Positions 40,567-54,360 of a stretch of 64,000 bases of DNA are shown here, piece by piece. The translations under genes and the position numbers were made by a program. The DNA comes from Octopus vulgaris. Taxonomy: Eukaryota. Every line of letters starts with the position of its first letter. Positions within the stretch are counted from its first letter, which is position 1. The stretch lies in contig OX597814.1 of the NCBI GenBank assembly GCA_951406725.2, positions 14,880,001 to 14,944,000 of the forward strand, given 5' to 3'. The notes beneath the pieces are model-generated. The model did not search any database, was not told the origin of the DNA, and saw only the letters and a program-made list of their open reading frames with translations.

Positions 40567-41216
40567 TGTGTATGTATATATATACACACACGCGCACACA
40601 CACACACACACATATATATATTTTATTTGTAATATTGCAGTTTGCAGATATGTATCGTTTCTCATATCCAGTTGGATGTCCTCAATAATGTTGTGAGAAT
40701 GAATATTGTCCACCAACATTATTCGCGCATATATCATTTGATGATGTACATTTGGTAGATAACAATCAATGAATGATAGAATATTTAATTCATTCCATTT
40801 GATAATATATACCACTTTATTTCTCCTGAAATAATTGAAAAAGCTATAGTGAAACGAATATCAACTTATCAGGAAATTTTTAAACTTATATTTTGTTTTA
40901 CCCAGGTAAAAGCATCATCGTCGATTCACTGATGAGCGATGAATTGAACTACATGTTTTTATATTAGCATATAAATGGCTGAGCATACCTCAGACACACT
41001 TGTTTTTAACGAAATTTTCTTCGGATTCAGCATAATTGTCAAAAATATCCAACCTGCCGGTTTTGTATCGTCAACTTAATTTCACCTGGAATATCTACAA
41101 TGGCCAAAGTCATGAACAATAACATTAGCACAAGAAGGAGAATCATGCACAAGAGAAGAAAAATTATCAAATACCACATAACTCTGGACCCAATTTAAGC
41201 AGTCAGATATATCAAT

Positions 41217-42208
41217 AGCTAAAAACAAATATAGAATATCCTTTATATCATTTATCACCGGATATTTTGAAAATGCTTGTAAATTTGAAGATTTTATAGT
41301 CTTTATGCAACGCTTCTCATACAAACATTCAAATATAATATTCGAAATGTGAAACAAAAAAAAATTGTTTTGTCTTACACAAGCACAGTAGTATTAAAAT
41401 AAAATTTAGCAGTGTTATGTTTTTTGTAAATTTCCTGTACCTGTGGATCGATCATGATCATAGATACCGCTCCTGTGCTATGTGGGTTAACAGGCCACCA
41501 TTTTAATGTCCTGTTCCTCTTAACACACTTTACAAGAAATATGTCGGTCACAAGAAGTTCTTATTTCCAATATGTGATAGATTATCGCCGGATTTGCAAC
41601 TTCGACGGATAGATGCATTTCCGAATATCTTTGAGTTCCTACTATTTACTTTGAAAAACAATAACTGGCTTTAGACAATGTAATTTCGCTTTGTATTCGT
41701 TTTATATCAAAAGCTAAAAACAAATATAAATTATTCTTTATATCATTTACCACCTGTTATTTTGAAAAAAGTTTGTGAATTTGAGGATTATATACTTTTT
41801 ATGCAACCTTCTCATATGAATGCGCCTTACTCAAATATCATATTTGAAATGTGAAAACGAAGAAAAAAAGTTTGTCTAATCATACACAAGCCCAATGGTA
41901 TTAAATTAAAATTTAGAAGTGTAATGTGTTTTAGTTTCCGGTACCTGTAGATCAATCCTGACCACAGGTAACGCCCCCGTGTAATATATGGGTCAACAGG
42001 TTAGCATTATAATGTCCTGTTCCTCTGAATACATTTTACAAGAAATATGTCGGTCACAAGAAGTTCTTATTTCCAATATGTGATAGATTATCGCCGGATT
42101 TGCAACTTCGACGGATAGATGCATTTCCGAATATCTTTGAGTTCCTACTATTTTCAATAACAAGCTTTAGACAATGTAATTCCGTTTTGTATTCATATTA
42201 TATATAAG
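41217..42208 (+). promoter_or_regulatory. ~495-bp tandemly duplicated IL-17 promoter region; TATA at ~42199-42208
   Basis: Units start AGCTAAAAACAAATATA at 41217 and 41712; each contains CGCCGGATTTGCAAC. Confidence 0.8.
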
Positions 42209-42340
42209 CAAACACGGGACAGGTTAATATCATTAAGAACGCCAATCACATCGAGAAGAGAACAATTCGGCCTAAGTTGAAAATAATAATAGTATACAGC
42301 TACCGACTCTACATTTTGTGCCAAAAAGTCCAGTATCACA

Positions 42341-42355
42341 ATGAAGACATCTACA
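42341..42355 (+). CDS. IL17: IL-17-like gene, coding exon 1 (MKTST)
   Basis: ATGAAGACATCTACA|gtaagt ~135 bp after TATA; identical on the other arm; in phase with exon 2. Confidence 0.85.
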
Positions 42356-42415
42356 GTAAGTAAATATTCTTTAACGATACTATCTCCTATATTTATATTT
42401 TAATCTTATATATTA

Positions 42416-42452
<37 letters not shown>

Positions 42453-42510
42453 AGTGTATTTATATATATATATGTATATATGTGTATATATGTATATATG
42501 CATGTATGTA

Positions 42511-42625
<115 letters not shown>

Positions 42626-43274
42626 GTTCTGCTGTAAATTTACATACTCGGCAGTTTGTGTTCGATGCTAATGGGAATTTTGCAATCAAAGCTTCTTTTT
42701 TTTTTTATCACACTTGTGATTTATCTAGAATCGAAGTTGAGTATAAATGTGTAACCATCTTCTAACGATATTGTATAGTAATATTTCTAACGCTTTAAAT
42801 ATTTATACGGAATTGCAGCACAAAAAACATCGTTGATGTTTTCAAACCGTATTCCCATTGACTGGCCGAAATACATTGAGTTGGTTTGAGTTCTGTATTC
42901 TAACGAAATACACATACACTCACACGCACATAGATGAAAGTATATTGATATAATATGTGTGCGTGTATATACATATAAGGTAACGGAGATAACTTAGATA
43001 TGACTGGGCCAAACATTGGACCAGTACATGTCTAACTTATTGGCACAACATGATAGAATCGCTTAAGTTATTTTTAAGCAACAATTTGGGGTATCATGTC
43101 ACTTTTAAATTAAGTCTTTGGCTGATATGTATCCAGAATGATGCAGCTTATCTGGTACCCCTTGAAGAAATTGTCCAGCTTACATTTGAAGGTGATATTT
43201 TTCTCTTTCATTTGTTAAACAGAGCAAGACCTGTCGAGGAAACGAGATTGTGTTGTAGTGAATTTATGCATACA

Positions 43275-43830
43275 TATCTGATATAATGATTTGGGATAGA
43301 GATGAGAAACTGTGTAAAGTTGTGGGAATTAGCTGCCCAACGGATGTTAACATAAAGCTGAAGATCTGTGAAAAAGAGATCGCCTGTGCTGAACTATTGA
43401 GAAATCTACAGTTACGGTATCTAGATTAGAAGTTCAGGTTTATAACTGTAATTATTGGGGCCCTGGGATATGTAACACACTGATTAAATACCAATCTTGA
43501 GAAATTAGGCTTCTCAAAACCAGAAAGGAGAATTCAAATTTGAAGACTACCGATCCAATCTGTCACTAGGACTAAAAATCTGAAAAACTTACCAGAAGTT
43601 TATCATTTAAATATATATGAGCATGTCTAGATATGCAACTCTGTGCACGAGAATACATACATAATATAAATAAATCTGCTCATACTTACATGTATGCGTA
43701 CATACATAAATACATACATACATACATACAAACAAAAATACCCTGTTGCTGATGCTGAAATTCCAGTGAAGGAATCTTGGATCTAGGTTAGAAATCGGTT
43801 CTTTTTCTATGGGCAAGAAATCTTGAAATG
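43275..43830 (+). mobile_element. R4-like RLE LINE 3' end (intronic, left arm only)
   Basis: Same family as 39960-40440. Confidence 0.8.
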
Positions 43831-45078
43831 AACTGAATAATGACACACATGCATATGTGCAGGTGTGTGTGTGTATGTATGACAAGGTATAAAAATGGTC
43901 AACGCGCACACACCACTCACACTATCGGACGCATATATTTAATTTAAAATATCTATTCAATATTCAGCTTCTTGTAAATAATACACAATAGAAATGCGAG
44001 TCTATAACTGACTGTGATTAATATTTAGTTCCGTTGCTTATTCATCAATGCTTTACAAACACCCTAAATATGAATATGAATTTTGTGACTATTAGACACT
44101 GTCATCCGTGTCCTTCCAAAGACGTTCAGACAAACGTTTTGTTAATGCATGCTGTTTCTATCAGAGTATATTTCTCCCACTGCATTTCAACTTATATAAT
44201 GTGACCGGCTTTTGGGGAAAATTGCAAACTTAATAAATGAAACTATGAATTCTTTGTGAAAAATATAGTGAATATGCTACTTATCAGCAAGAAATGAAAA
44301 AGTATTACAGCCTTGAAGTAAAGTAAAATATAAAGTTAACAATACTTCATAAACATGTGATCTTGCAAAATTTTATGAAGGATTTGCGAAGCTGATATCA
44401 TAGAACATCGATGGACTTTCACAACTGTGAGAGCCACGCCAAACGTTTGTAGAATAACTTGCTTAGCAGCCGAGCGCCCCGGAACATTACAAATGATTTT
44501 ATATACGGTTGGCGATCAATTTTATAATCAGAAAATAATTTATCAGGTAACTAACAAAGTACGGAATCTTAAGAAATATTATAAAACTATGTAATCTCCT
44601 ACCTTTAAGAAAATGTAACCTCCTCATATCGAGTGACGCTTTTTGACACGCTCCAGTTGTTTATTTATAAGCTCGCACGTATGTGTTTATTCTCGCCCTT
44701 CGTGCCCCACTTTTGCTCTTTCTCTCTATACATGTACATACATAAGTATATACGTATACTTCCTTTTTCTTTCTTTTTTTTATTGACTGATACTTTTTAT
44801 ACCGACCGCTGTTAAAAACAAAAAACAAAAAAAACTAAACAGTCGATATATACTACAAACAGACGTTTTTAGGTTTTAGCTTTATTATATTTTGTTGATG
44901 TTCTATTACCGCGTATCACTTTCGTATTTGTCACTCATTCAACTTTCTGTAATAGACTTTCGTAAAGTGTTTCGTTATAAATTTATATATGCGTCGAAAG
45001 TAAATGAATTCTTTGATTAAGCTGATAAATGTCTCAAATCGAAAGTAACCTTGACAAAGATATATTTTTCTCTGACAG

Positions 45079-45606
45079 GTTCTCTCCAGCATCGTCATAT
45101 TTCTATTCAACATCGCCTTTCTTGTATCATCGGCATCAATTCCAGACCAGTGTAAAATACCAGCCAATCTGAAGGTTCAGTACCAGACATTGTCCCGTGC
45201 AGCAATTGGCAATAACTTTTTACTACCAGTTGAAAGAGCTCCGGTCGGAAGTAAGCAGAACTCCCAGACAGACGGGGATAAAACTTGCCCAACGTCTCCT
45301 TCATCCAGCGATATCATCCGTGAACGTTCAACCTGCCCTTGGTACCTGAACATTACCCATGATTCAACAGTTTTCCCTCCATCGCGCACCGAAGCCGTGT
45401 GTCGCTGTAACGACTGCTTCGATTCAGACAACAACCACGAATGTGTGATGGTATATACTCCAATGACTGTCCTTAAACGTACCGATGAATGTGTTGATGG
45501 ACTGTACGTGTATAAACCAAAAGTGATTGAAGTAGCCACAGCTTGTGCATGTGCACGAAAAGCCAACTCACGAAAAGGTGGAAGCAACGATGAATACGAG
45601 TCGTAA
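45079..45606 (+). CDS. IL17: IL-17-like cytokine, main coding exon (180-aa precursor with exon 1)
   Basis: Acceptor tttttctctgacag; VLSSIVIFLFNIAFLVSSA signal; ERSTCPWY..D..VFP..RTEAVCRC..C..HEC..VY..MTVLKR..C..VATACAC; AATAAA at 45808. Confidence 0.95.
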   Translation, partial: VLSSIVIFLFNIAFLVSSASIPDQCKIPANLKVQYQTLSRAAIGNNFLLPVERAPVGSKQNSQTDGDKTCPTSPSSSDIIRERSTCPWYLNITHDSTVFPPSRTEAVCRCNDCFDSDNNHECVMVYTPMTVLKRTDECVDGLYVYKPKVIEVATACACARKANSRKGGSNDEYES

Positions 45607-46022
45607 GAACGGATAGAATAACGATGTATAAATATGTAATCCAGACGTTATTCAATATTTTATGAAAGATTAAGTCGACCACCAAGTGGTTACCATAACT
45701 TGCAACATATGTTGCATAAAACACATGTTTTATATAATTCCATATTTTATAAATATAGTAATAATATGATCATAATAATATATTTGTAAAATTTATTAGC
45801 CAAATGAAATAAAATATTTTGTCCACTTAAAATGTATTCGGGTATCGTGAGTTATATCGTGAATGTATATATTCACGTAAGCACATAGAGCCCGAGTGTA
45901 ACAGATATATACACACGCATACATGCATGCGTACATTCACACATACATACCTACATACATAAATACCTATGCTTACACTCATATATATCCATATGTGCGT
46001 AAATGCGTATATATATATAATA

Positions 46023-46345
46023 AGACCCCCTTCGGTCATGAATGACCATGGGATTGCACCTAGAAAGTTACCCTCCTAGACACAAGTCCGGGCAAGGTTT
46101 TTTTTTTTATGGAAGACCAGCAGTCGCCCATGCATACCAGCCTCCCCTCTCCACGCCACCAGTGTTATCCAAGGGAAAGACAAAGGTCGATACAGCTTGG
46201 CACCAGTGACGTCGCAACTCATTTCTACAGCTGAGTGAACTGGAGCAACGTGAAATAAAGTGCCTTGCTCAAGAACACAACACGCAGCCCGGTCCGGGAT
46301 TCGAGCTCACAACCTCGACGCTCTAACCACTGAGCCATGCGCCTT
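46023..46345 (-). mobile_element. tRNA-derived SINE, family D
   Basis: Minus head GGCGCATGGCTCAGTGGTTAGAGCG; not present at the mirror position in the right arm. Confidence 0.85.
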
Positions 46346-46959
46346 CACATATATATATATATACATATACACATATACATATATATATATATACTTAGAG
46401 ATATATAATTACACACATGCATACACACATATATACATGCTTACATGCGTACGTGCATACATTACCTCTTCCGGGAAGGGCTTATTATTGTTTTAAGAAT
46501 TTTATAAAATTCTTATTTATAGAATGTATTAAAGGTCTATTATAATGCGTTCATATAATTTTTCGAAGTATATAATTTCGTGTATGTATAAGAAACTTCG
46601 AAATTATTTTTTCCTTCTTATATAATATTTTGTAATACAGTAAATGAAGAAGAGACATATAAAAATGTGTTGAATTGTAATTGGATCCATAAGATTGAAT
46701 AAATTTTATATTATAAACGCAGAATTGTTCTTTGTTTCTTATGTATCTTATATCTTAGATTTATAAGCATACACACTTTAACTCACTCTAGGGATCAATG
46801 AAGAATGTCTAGGAGATATTGTTCATAAAATGCAAATATGCAGTCGAAACTGTTTGTGTTTTTCTCCTGTATACTCTGCAACGCAAGGTGAAGGTTAAAT
46901 GAGATTGCAATTGCATTTGGCGAAATACTGAGATACGGTCATTCGGTAAATCTATGCAA

Positions 46960-47392
46960 TAGGCGCAGGAGTGGCTCTGTGGTAAGTAGCTTGCTAACCA
47001 ACAACATGGTTCCGGGTTCAGTCCCACTGCGTGGCATCTTGGGCAAGTGTCTTCTGCTATAGCTCCGGGCCGACCAATGCCTTGTGAGTGGATTTGGTAA
47101 ACGGAAACTGAAAGAAGCCTGTCGTATATATGCATATGTATATATGTATGTGTGTGTATGTGTTTGTGTGTCTGTGTTTGTCCCCCTAGCATTACCTGTC
47201 CCCCTAGCATTGCTGGTGTGTTTACGTCCCCGTGACATAGCGGTTCGGCAAAAGAGACCGATAGAATAAGTACTGGGCTTAGAAAGAATAAGTCCCGGGG
47301 TCGATTTGCTCGACTAAAGGTCGTGCTCCAGCATGGCCGCAGTCAAATGACTGAAACAAGTAAAAGAGTAAAAGAGTAAAAGAGTAAAAGTG
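46960..47392 (+). mobile_element. SINE family A (left arm only)
   Basis: Flanked by TGCAAT/TGTAAT; empty site at ~57711-57740. Confidence 0.9.
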
Positions 47393-47580
47393 TAATCTAT
47401 TCAAAATCAATAATATATTAGTGCGCCAGCGTGATTATAGCCCTAGGGCTCAAACGCACATGACAACGACAAAAATAACAGCAGCAACAACAACAAAAAC
47501 AACATCAGCAATATCATAACAATGACAATCATAATAATAATAATAATAATAATAATAATATTAATAATAATAATAATAAC

Positions 47581-48135
47581 TGCCATGAGGCAGTACCAGG
47601 CAGTGGCCCCCGTGGCTTCTGATCTTTACTGATTGGAAGTGTTATCATGTACATTATTTTGTCTTGGTATAAAAGATGGGCTACAGCAAAGATTCTGCTC
47701 ACTACCACAGATTTGCTTGTCAGTTGTTTGACCTTAACCGGTTGGGCATGTCCCTTAGCGGCTGACGATATGTGCAGCTCTGATCACGAGCAGAAGTAGT
47801 GGGGGAGCATCATAGCCATGTGTTGAGAGGGATTCTTTGGGGTTTGAATAATTCACCTGTGGAAACATGGGTGTTTCGTTCAATATCCTTAAACAACCCT
47901 TATTCAGGGACCATTTGAGCGGGATGGGCTACTCAACCTGAAGAAAATTCTAACTGGGCCCCACCTGCAATGTCATGTGTTGTTTATCTTGATATGAGAT
48001 CACCACGTCGCGCACATATGGTTGTGATGCATGTGCCTAGTGTACTCTTATCAGACGGGTAGTCATGATGGGTATACTGGGCTTCGTATATTTTACCCCA
48101 GTGTCACTTTGATTGCATGCACTGCTCTCTCACTC
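47581..48135 (+). mobile_element. (AAT)n-associated element E
   Basis: Full-length copy between (AAT)n runs. Confidence 0.85.
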
Positions 48136-48218
<83 letters not shown>

Positions 48219-48219
<1 letters not shown>

Positions 48220-48641
48220 TGAGCAAATATAAAGATCTTGAAATAGAAATCAGCAAAATGTGGAAGCTGAAGACTAATACAATACCTGTTGTCATAGGTG
48301 CCCTGGGAATGATAGCAAAAGGGGTTGATAGCTACCTAACTCAAATACCAGGAAACCCCAAAATGGCAGAAATTCAAAAGATAGTGCACATGGGAACTGC
48401 TCATATCCTACGCAAAATACTTTCTATGTAATCTCAAGGTTTAAAACAAACATAATTTTCGGTTTAAAAAAAAAAAAAAAACTTTTTTTTTAGACATTCA
48501 TTAGTACAACACCCCCACCCCCAAAATATATGGCACACTAGGCATAACAACAACATGAACTTCCAACCCTGTTGCCTCTTGAGGTCTCTGGGTGAGACTT
48601 GGAGCCAACTTGTACAAATATAAAGCAAAAGTCAAACATAG
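48219..48641 (+). mobile_element. Dong/R4-like LINE 3' end in (AAT)n
   Basis: LSKYKDLEIEISKMWKLKTNTIPVVIGALG..EIQKIVHMGTAHILRKILSM* plus 3'UTR; related pieces at 49285-49615, 56008-56446 (-), 57320-57550 (-). Confidence 0.85.
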
Positions 48642-48659
48642 AATAATAATAATAATAAC

Positions 48660-49213
48660 TGCCATGATGCAGTACCAGGCAGTTGCCCCCGTGGCTTCTG
48701 ATCTTAACTGATTGGAAGTGTTATCATGTACATTGTTTTGTCTTGGTATAAAAGATGGGCTACAGCAAATATTCTGCTCAATACCACAGATTTGCTTGTC
48801 AGTTGTTTGACCTAAACCAGTTGAGCATGTCCCTTAGTGGCTGACGATATGTGCATCTCTGATCACGAGCAGAAGTATTGGGGAGCATCATAGCCATGTG
48901 TTGAGAGGGATTCTTTGGGGTTTGAATAGTTCACCTCTGGAAACATGGGTGGTTCTTTCAACATCCTTAAACAACCCTTATTCAGGGACCATTTGAGCGG
49001 GATGGGCTACTCAACCTGAAGAAAATTCTAACTGGGCCCCACCTGCAAGGTCATGTGCTGTTTATCTTGATATGAGATCACCATGTCGCGCACATATGGT
49101 TGTGATGCATGTGCCTGGTGTACCTTTATCAGACGGGTAGTCATGATGGGTATATTGGGCTTCGTATATTTTACCCCAGTGTCACTTTGATGGCATGAAC
49201 TGCTCTCTCACTC
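48660..49213 (+). mobile_element. (AAT)n-associated element E
   Basis: Full-length copy. Confidence 0.85.
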
Positions 49214-49285
<72 letters not shown>

Positions 49286-49614
49286 GTCAATTTAAATAAG
49301 GGAGGCAAATGCTGTCAGATCATTGATGTGAACATACCAAATGACATGAAAGAGGAAATGGCACGACTGCATGGAATGGGAGAGGGTAATGTAAAATTGA
49401 TACCAGTGGTTATCGGAGCGTTGAGCTCAATCCCATTGAAGCTATAATACTTTTTTAAGGCAACTGGAAATCCCATGTAAGACTGATGCCTTGCAAAAAG
49501 CAGCCTTATTGGGCACAGCGCATGAGTTAAGGCAAATATTATCTGTGTGAGGTAGTTATGACTTTACAGATAAGTAAAGACTCGGTGCATTTTTACCTAC
49601 AGTGTGCTACAAAG

Positions 49615-49755
<141 letters not shown>

Positions 49756-49778
49756 TGATGATAATGATGATAATAATC

Positions 49779-50096
49779 GGAGACCCCCTTCGGTCACGAC
49801 ACAGACCATGGGATTGCACCGAGAAAGTTACCCTCCTAGACACAAGTCCGGGCGAGGTTGTTTATGGAAGACCAGCAGTCGCCCATGCATACCAGCCTCC
49901 CCTCTCCACGCCACCAGTGTTATCCAAGGGAAAGACAAAGGTCGATACAGCTTGGCACCAGTGACGTCGCAACTCATTTCTACAGCTGAGTGAACTGGAG
50001 CAACGTGAAATAAAGTGCCTTGCTCAAGAACACAACACGCAGCCCGGTCCGGGATTCGAGCTCACAACCTCACGATCGTAAGCTCGACGCTCTAAC

Positions 50097-50100
<4 letters not shown>
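49779..50100 (-). mobile_element. tRNA-derived SINE, family D
   Basis: Near-identical to 46023-46345. Confidence 0.85.
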
Positions 50101-50140
<40 letters not shown>

Positions 50141-50164
50141 CAACAACAACAACAACAACAATAA

Positions 50165-51430
50165 TGGTCTCGATGGCTTGCCAGCTATTCTCCTAAAGTC
50201 ACGTAAGCTAGCTTTAGCAAAACAATTTCACATACTTTTCCAGAGTTTTCTTGCATGGGGTAAACTTCAAGAATAGCTAAATGAAGTTATTATTTGCCCT
50301 ATCCACAAAGGTGGGCGCTGAGCAGAGGACAAAAACTACCGGCTAATCTCTCTGACTTCCCATGTTAGTACAAATATGAAACGAATCTTCAGAAAGAAAC
50401 TGATATTGTTCCTAAAAAAATAATGATCATAACCTACTTAACAATACACAGCATGGTTTTCGTCGAGGAGGAAGCTGCCTCACACAACACATACAGCACT
50501 ATGACTGGGTTTCCAAACAGTCGCTTGAGCATTCAGATGTCAGTGTGATATACCTTGACTTTGCAAAGCATTCGATGATTGCATGAAATGTCGTAAGCTG
50601 CGAGACATTGGCATAGTTGATAAACTGGGAGAGTGTCTGAATGACGTCCTTAAAGACACAAAAGACGCAGATGCAGCCAATGATGCTGCTCGTTCTGAGG
50701 AAATCAAATTCTATGCGTCATCCCCCAGGGAAATGTCCTAGTGCCGTTACTGTTTATAATAGCCTTATTAGACATGCCAATGATCACTCGGAGAGTCATT
50801 ATCACTAGCTGCGCCGATGGTATAAAATTACCACGAGCAATGAAAAATTCAGTTGACATTGCCAGCTTGCAGCAGGACCTAAATGCAATATACAAATAGG
50901 CTGAAGTAGATAACATGTACTTTAATCCTTGAAAATTTCCAGAACTACAATGTAAACTTAGTAATGCATTGCAGTTGGTATATACAGGATTCAAAGGCGC
51001 TGCATTCCCAGATTCACTAGCAGTTAAATACTTGGGGATCATTTTGTGCAACGGTGCATAATTTCATATGCCCATTACCAAAATGGCAGCAAAATGCAGG
51101 CAACAGTCATGATGGATACTAAGCTACTTCAAAAAATTAAGAAGCTATATTGACCCTACGAATGACCTTTTTTTCTAAGCCACTTGCACTCCTGCTCTTA
51201 GCTTTCATTACCTTATCGTGGTAGACTGACAACAGAGCGTGAACCAGTCTATCGCCACCACTCGCAAACTCGACGAAGGTTGAGATACCATGGGAGGAGC
51301 TGATAAAACTGCGACTTTACACCCTGGAGCTAAGGCGCGCCACCTATGTAATAATCTGCATATGGAAATCCCTATAATGGCTAGTGTGTAATTTCGGCAT
51401 TGAGTGTTATACAAATTTTAGAACTGGATG
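50165..51430 (+). mobile_element. Decayed CR1-like RT fragment
   Basis: DGLPAILLK, PIHKGG..KNYRLISLTS, QHGFRRGGSCLTQ, VIYLDFAKAFD, IPQGNVL.PLLF, VKYLGI. Confidence 0.85.
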
Positions 51431-51865
51431 TCGTTTAAGCATTCTATCTGATCAAATTCATCCTAAGGTTGTGGAACTGTTTCCGGAGACAAAGGCAATC
51501 TTTCAGGATGATGATGCACCAATTTATACAGCTAAACTTGTTACTGAAAGGCACCAGGAACATCCTAGTGAAGCTGAACATCTTAACTGGTGACCACAGT
51601 TCCCAGATCTCAATATTATTAAGAGTTTATGGTGAATTTTAGAAAGAGATGTAAAGAGTCGATATCCTCCACCTTCATCACTCCAAGAACTGGAGACAGC
51701 TTTAGCTGAAGTATGCACAAAAATTCCCTTGGTACCAATTCAAACTATGTATGAATCTATACCTCGTAGAATTGAAGGTGTAATTACTGCCAAAGGTCGT
51801 TCTACTCCTTATTACAATAAATTTGTTTGATATTCTATGCTGTTTCCATTTTTATACAACTGTGT
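51430..51865 (+). mobile_element. Tc1-like transposase fragment
   Basis: IFQDDDAPIYTAK..W.PQFPDLNII..LW..SIPRRIEGVITAKG; mirror copy at ~55473-55800 ends at a TA with CAG terminus. Confidence 0.85.
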
Positions 51866-52780
51866 ATAGTTGTAGAAATCTGCTGCCAAGCGGATGTTAA
51901 CTTAAAGCTAAAGATCAGTGAAAAAGAGAATACCTACGCTCAATTAATGTGATATCTATAGTTACTGTATCCAGATTACAAGTTCAGGTTTATACTTGTA
52001 ATTGTGAGGGCCCTTGGAAATCTAACACAATGCCTAAATACCAATCTTGAGAAATAAGGCTTCTCAAAACCAGAAAGCAGAAAGCTACTTCGATGACCAC
52101 AGATGCAATCCATGATTAGAACTGGAAAAATCTGTAAAACCTTCCTGAAGTTTATTATTTAAATATATATGAGCATGTCTAGATATACATGAGAATTCAT
52201 ACGTAAACTAAAACATCCAAATCTGTACATATATACATACATACATGCCTTGTTGTTGACCTTGAAATTCCAATGAAGGGGCTTTGAACTTGGGTTAGAA
52301 GCCGGCTCTTTTTCTATTGGCAAGAAATCGTGAAATGAAATTGAAGAATGACGTACATACATATATAAATACATACATGCATACATACATACATACATAC
52401 ATACATACATACATACATACATACATACATACATACATACATACATACATACATACGTAGCGACAGATGGAAAGTGATAACAACCAATGGAAAAATCCAT
52501 ATTATCAGATAGGATTCTTGTGAGACGAAGTGATAGTGATAGAGGCATCAAATCAGTTCAGACAGCTTTTGAATGTCGCATTGTACCACTCAGGCAACAC
52601 CCGCTGCAAATTAAAGAAAAAAATGAGTACATTCCGTGCAGAATGAAAAGCGAGAGCAGCAACAACTTCTGAGTTAGTGAAGAACTACTGTGCAGGTACT
52701 ATGAGAATAAAGCTGTCTCGTGCGACCCAAAGTAGTTTGGTCTGGTTAATCTAAACAAAAGCTTGAATGAGAATCAAAAA
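51865..52780 (+). mobile_element. R4-like LINE fragments around a (TACA)n tract
   Basis: 3' end family of 39960, plus DRILVRRS...RGIKSVQTAFECRIV; mirrored at ~54380-55290. Confidence 0.75.
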
Positions 52781-52789
52781 TCAATTCTT

Positions 52790-54360
52790 GGATGCCATTT
52801 CGAGAGCCTACTTAACAGCCACCCACGCACAACTGACGATCTCCTCCACAACACCCCACAGCTCCCCATCCGTCATTAGCTGTCCCTGTCGACCCCGACC
52901 CACGTGTTTAAGTAGGCATTCGAGCGCATGAAGCTGGGCAAAGATCCAGGACCAGATAACATCCCATCTGCGTTTTCCACGCACGAATGTCCTGAGCTGA
53001 AAAATCATCTGATGTTACTTATACTCAAGATTTGGATAAGCAAGATCCTCCCGAACGACTTTCGCGATGCAACTATCATCGTCCTCTACAAGGTCGGAGA
53101 TCGAGAGGATTCCAACAACTATCGGAGCATCTCAGTCTTGAGTATTGCAAGTAAGATATTCGCCCGTATCTTACTCAGTCGCCACCACTTCCTCGTGGAA
53201 TACGTCCTCCCTGAGTCCCTGTATAGATTTCATCCTCTCGAGGAACAATCAAAATGTTCTTTTGTGCCCGCCAACTCCAGAAGTGTCATTAACAACAACA
53301 ACTTGCAATGTTCATCTTCTGGCATCTAAAGAAAGCCTTTGACAAAGTCCTCCGTCCTGCAATGTGGATCGTCCTTGCTGGCTTTGGATGTCCGGAGGAC
53401 TTTATTGCCCATCACAACGACATGGTGCGTAGAATATGTCATCAAAATCCCCTTACAGACCCGTTTCCCATCACTGGAAGCCTAAAACAAAGATGTCAAC
53501 TGGCACCAACCTGTTTTTCATTGTTCAACGAAATCCTAGTAGACTTGTTTCAATCAACATGCGCTATCCAAGTGATAGTGCATGTTGACTGGAGCAAGTC
53601 AAGTAGGATTTCGTTGAGCAAAGAAAAACAGGTTGGTGCCAGGTCGCATCTTTTCTTAAGGCTCCCACTCATGGAAAACGGATCTGTAAGGGGATTTTGA
53701 TGACACACCCTACGCACCATACTGTCGTGAAGGGCAATAAAGTCCTCCGGACATGCAAAGCAAGCAAGGACGAACCACATTGCAGGACGGGCGACTTTTT
53801 CAAAGGCTTTCTTTAGATCCCAGAAGATGAACATTGCAGGCTGTTTTTGTTATTGACATTTCTACTGGAGTTGGCGTGCACAAAAGATCATTTTGATTGT
53901 ATTGTTTCTCGAGAGGATGAAATCTACACAGGGACTCAGGGAGGACGTATTCCACGAGGAAGAGGTGGCGACTGAGAAAGATACGGGCGAATATCTTACT
54001 TGCAATACTCAAGACTGAGATGCTCCGATAGTTGTTGGAATCCTCTCAATCTCCCTTCTTATAGATGACGATGATAGTTGCATCGAGAAAGTCGTTCGGG
54101 AGGATCTTGCTTATCCAGATCTTGAGGATAAGTAACATCAGATGATTTTTCAGCTCAGGACATTCGTGCGTGGAAAACTCAAACGTGATGTTAACTGGTC
54201 TTGGAGCTTTGACCGGCTTCATGCGCTCTAATGCCTAGTTAAAATCATGGGGCGAGGGTGACAGGGACAGCTAATGACGGATGGGGAACTATGGGGTTTT
54301 CTCGAGGAGATCGTCAGGTGTGCGTGAGTGGCTGTTAAGTAGGTTCTCGAAATGGCACCC
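52790..54360. mobile_element. RTE-like RT fragment folded back on itself at the palindrome centre
   Basis: MKLGKDPGPDNIP..FRDATIIVLYKVGDRED.NNYRSISVLSIASKIFARILL..F..LKKAFDKV..G.KQ.C.LAPT.F on + (to 53568) and again on - (from 53574). Confidence 0.9.

Noticed and set aside
41217-42208. CRISPR-like or satellite array
   Set aside because: Only two long units in eukaryotic DNA, with no repeat-spacer structure
45177-45587. 136-aa antisense ORF, also present at 58795-59205
   Set aside because: Shadow of the IL-17 exon; its conservation follows from the exon identity
53400-53740. Palindrome centre as an assembly or read fold-back artefact
   Set aside because: The arms differ at roughly one base in six here and carry private insertions elsewhere; an artefact would give identical arms
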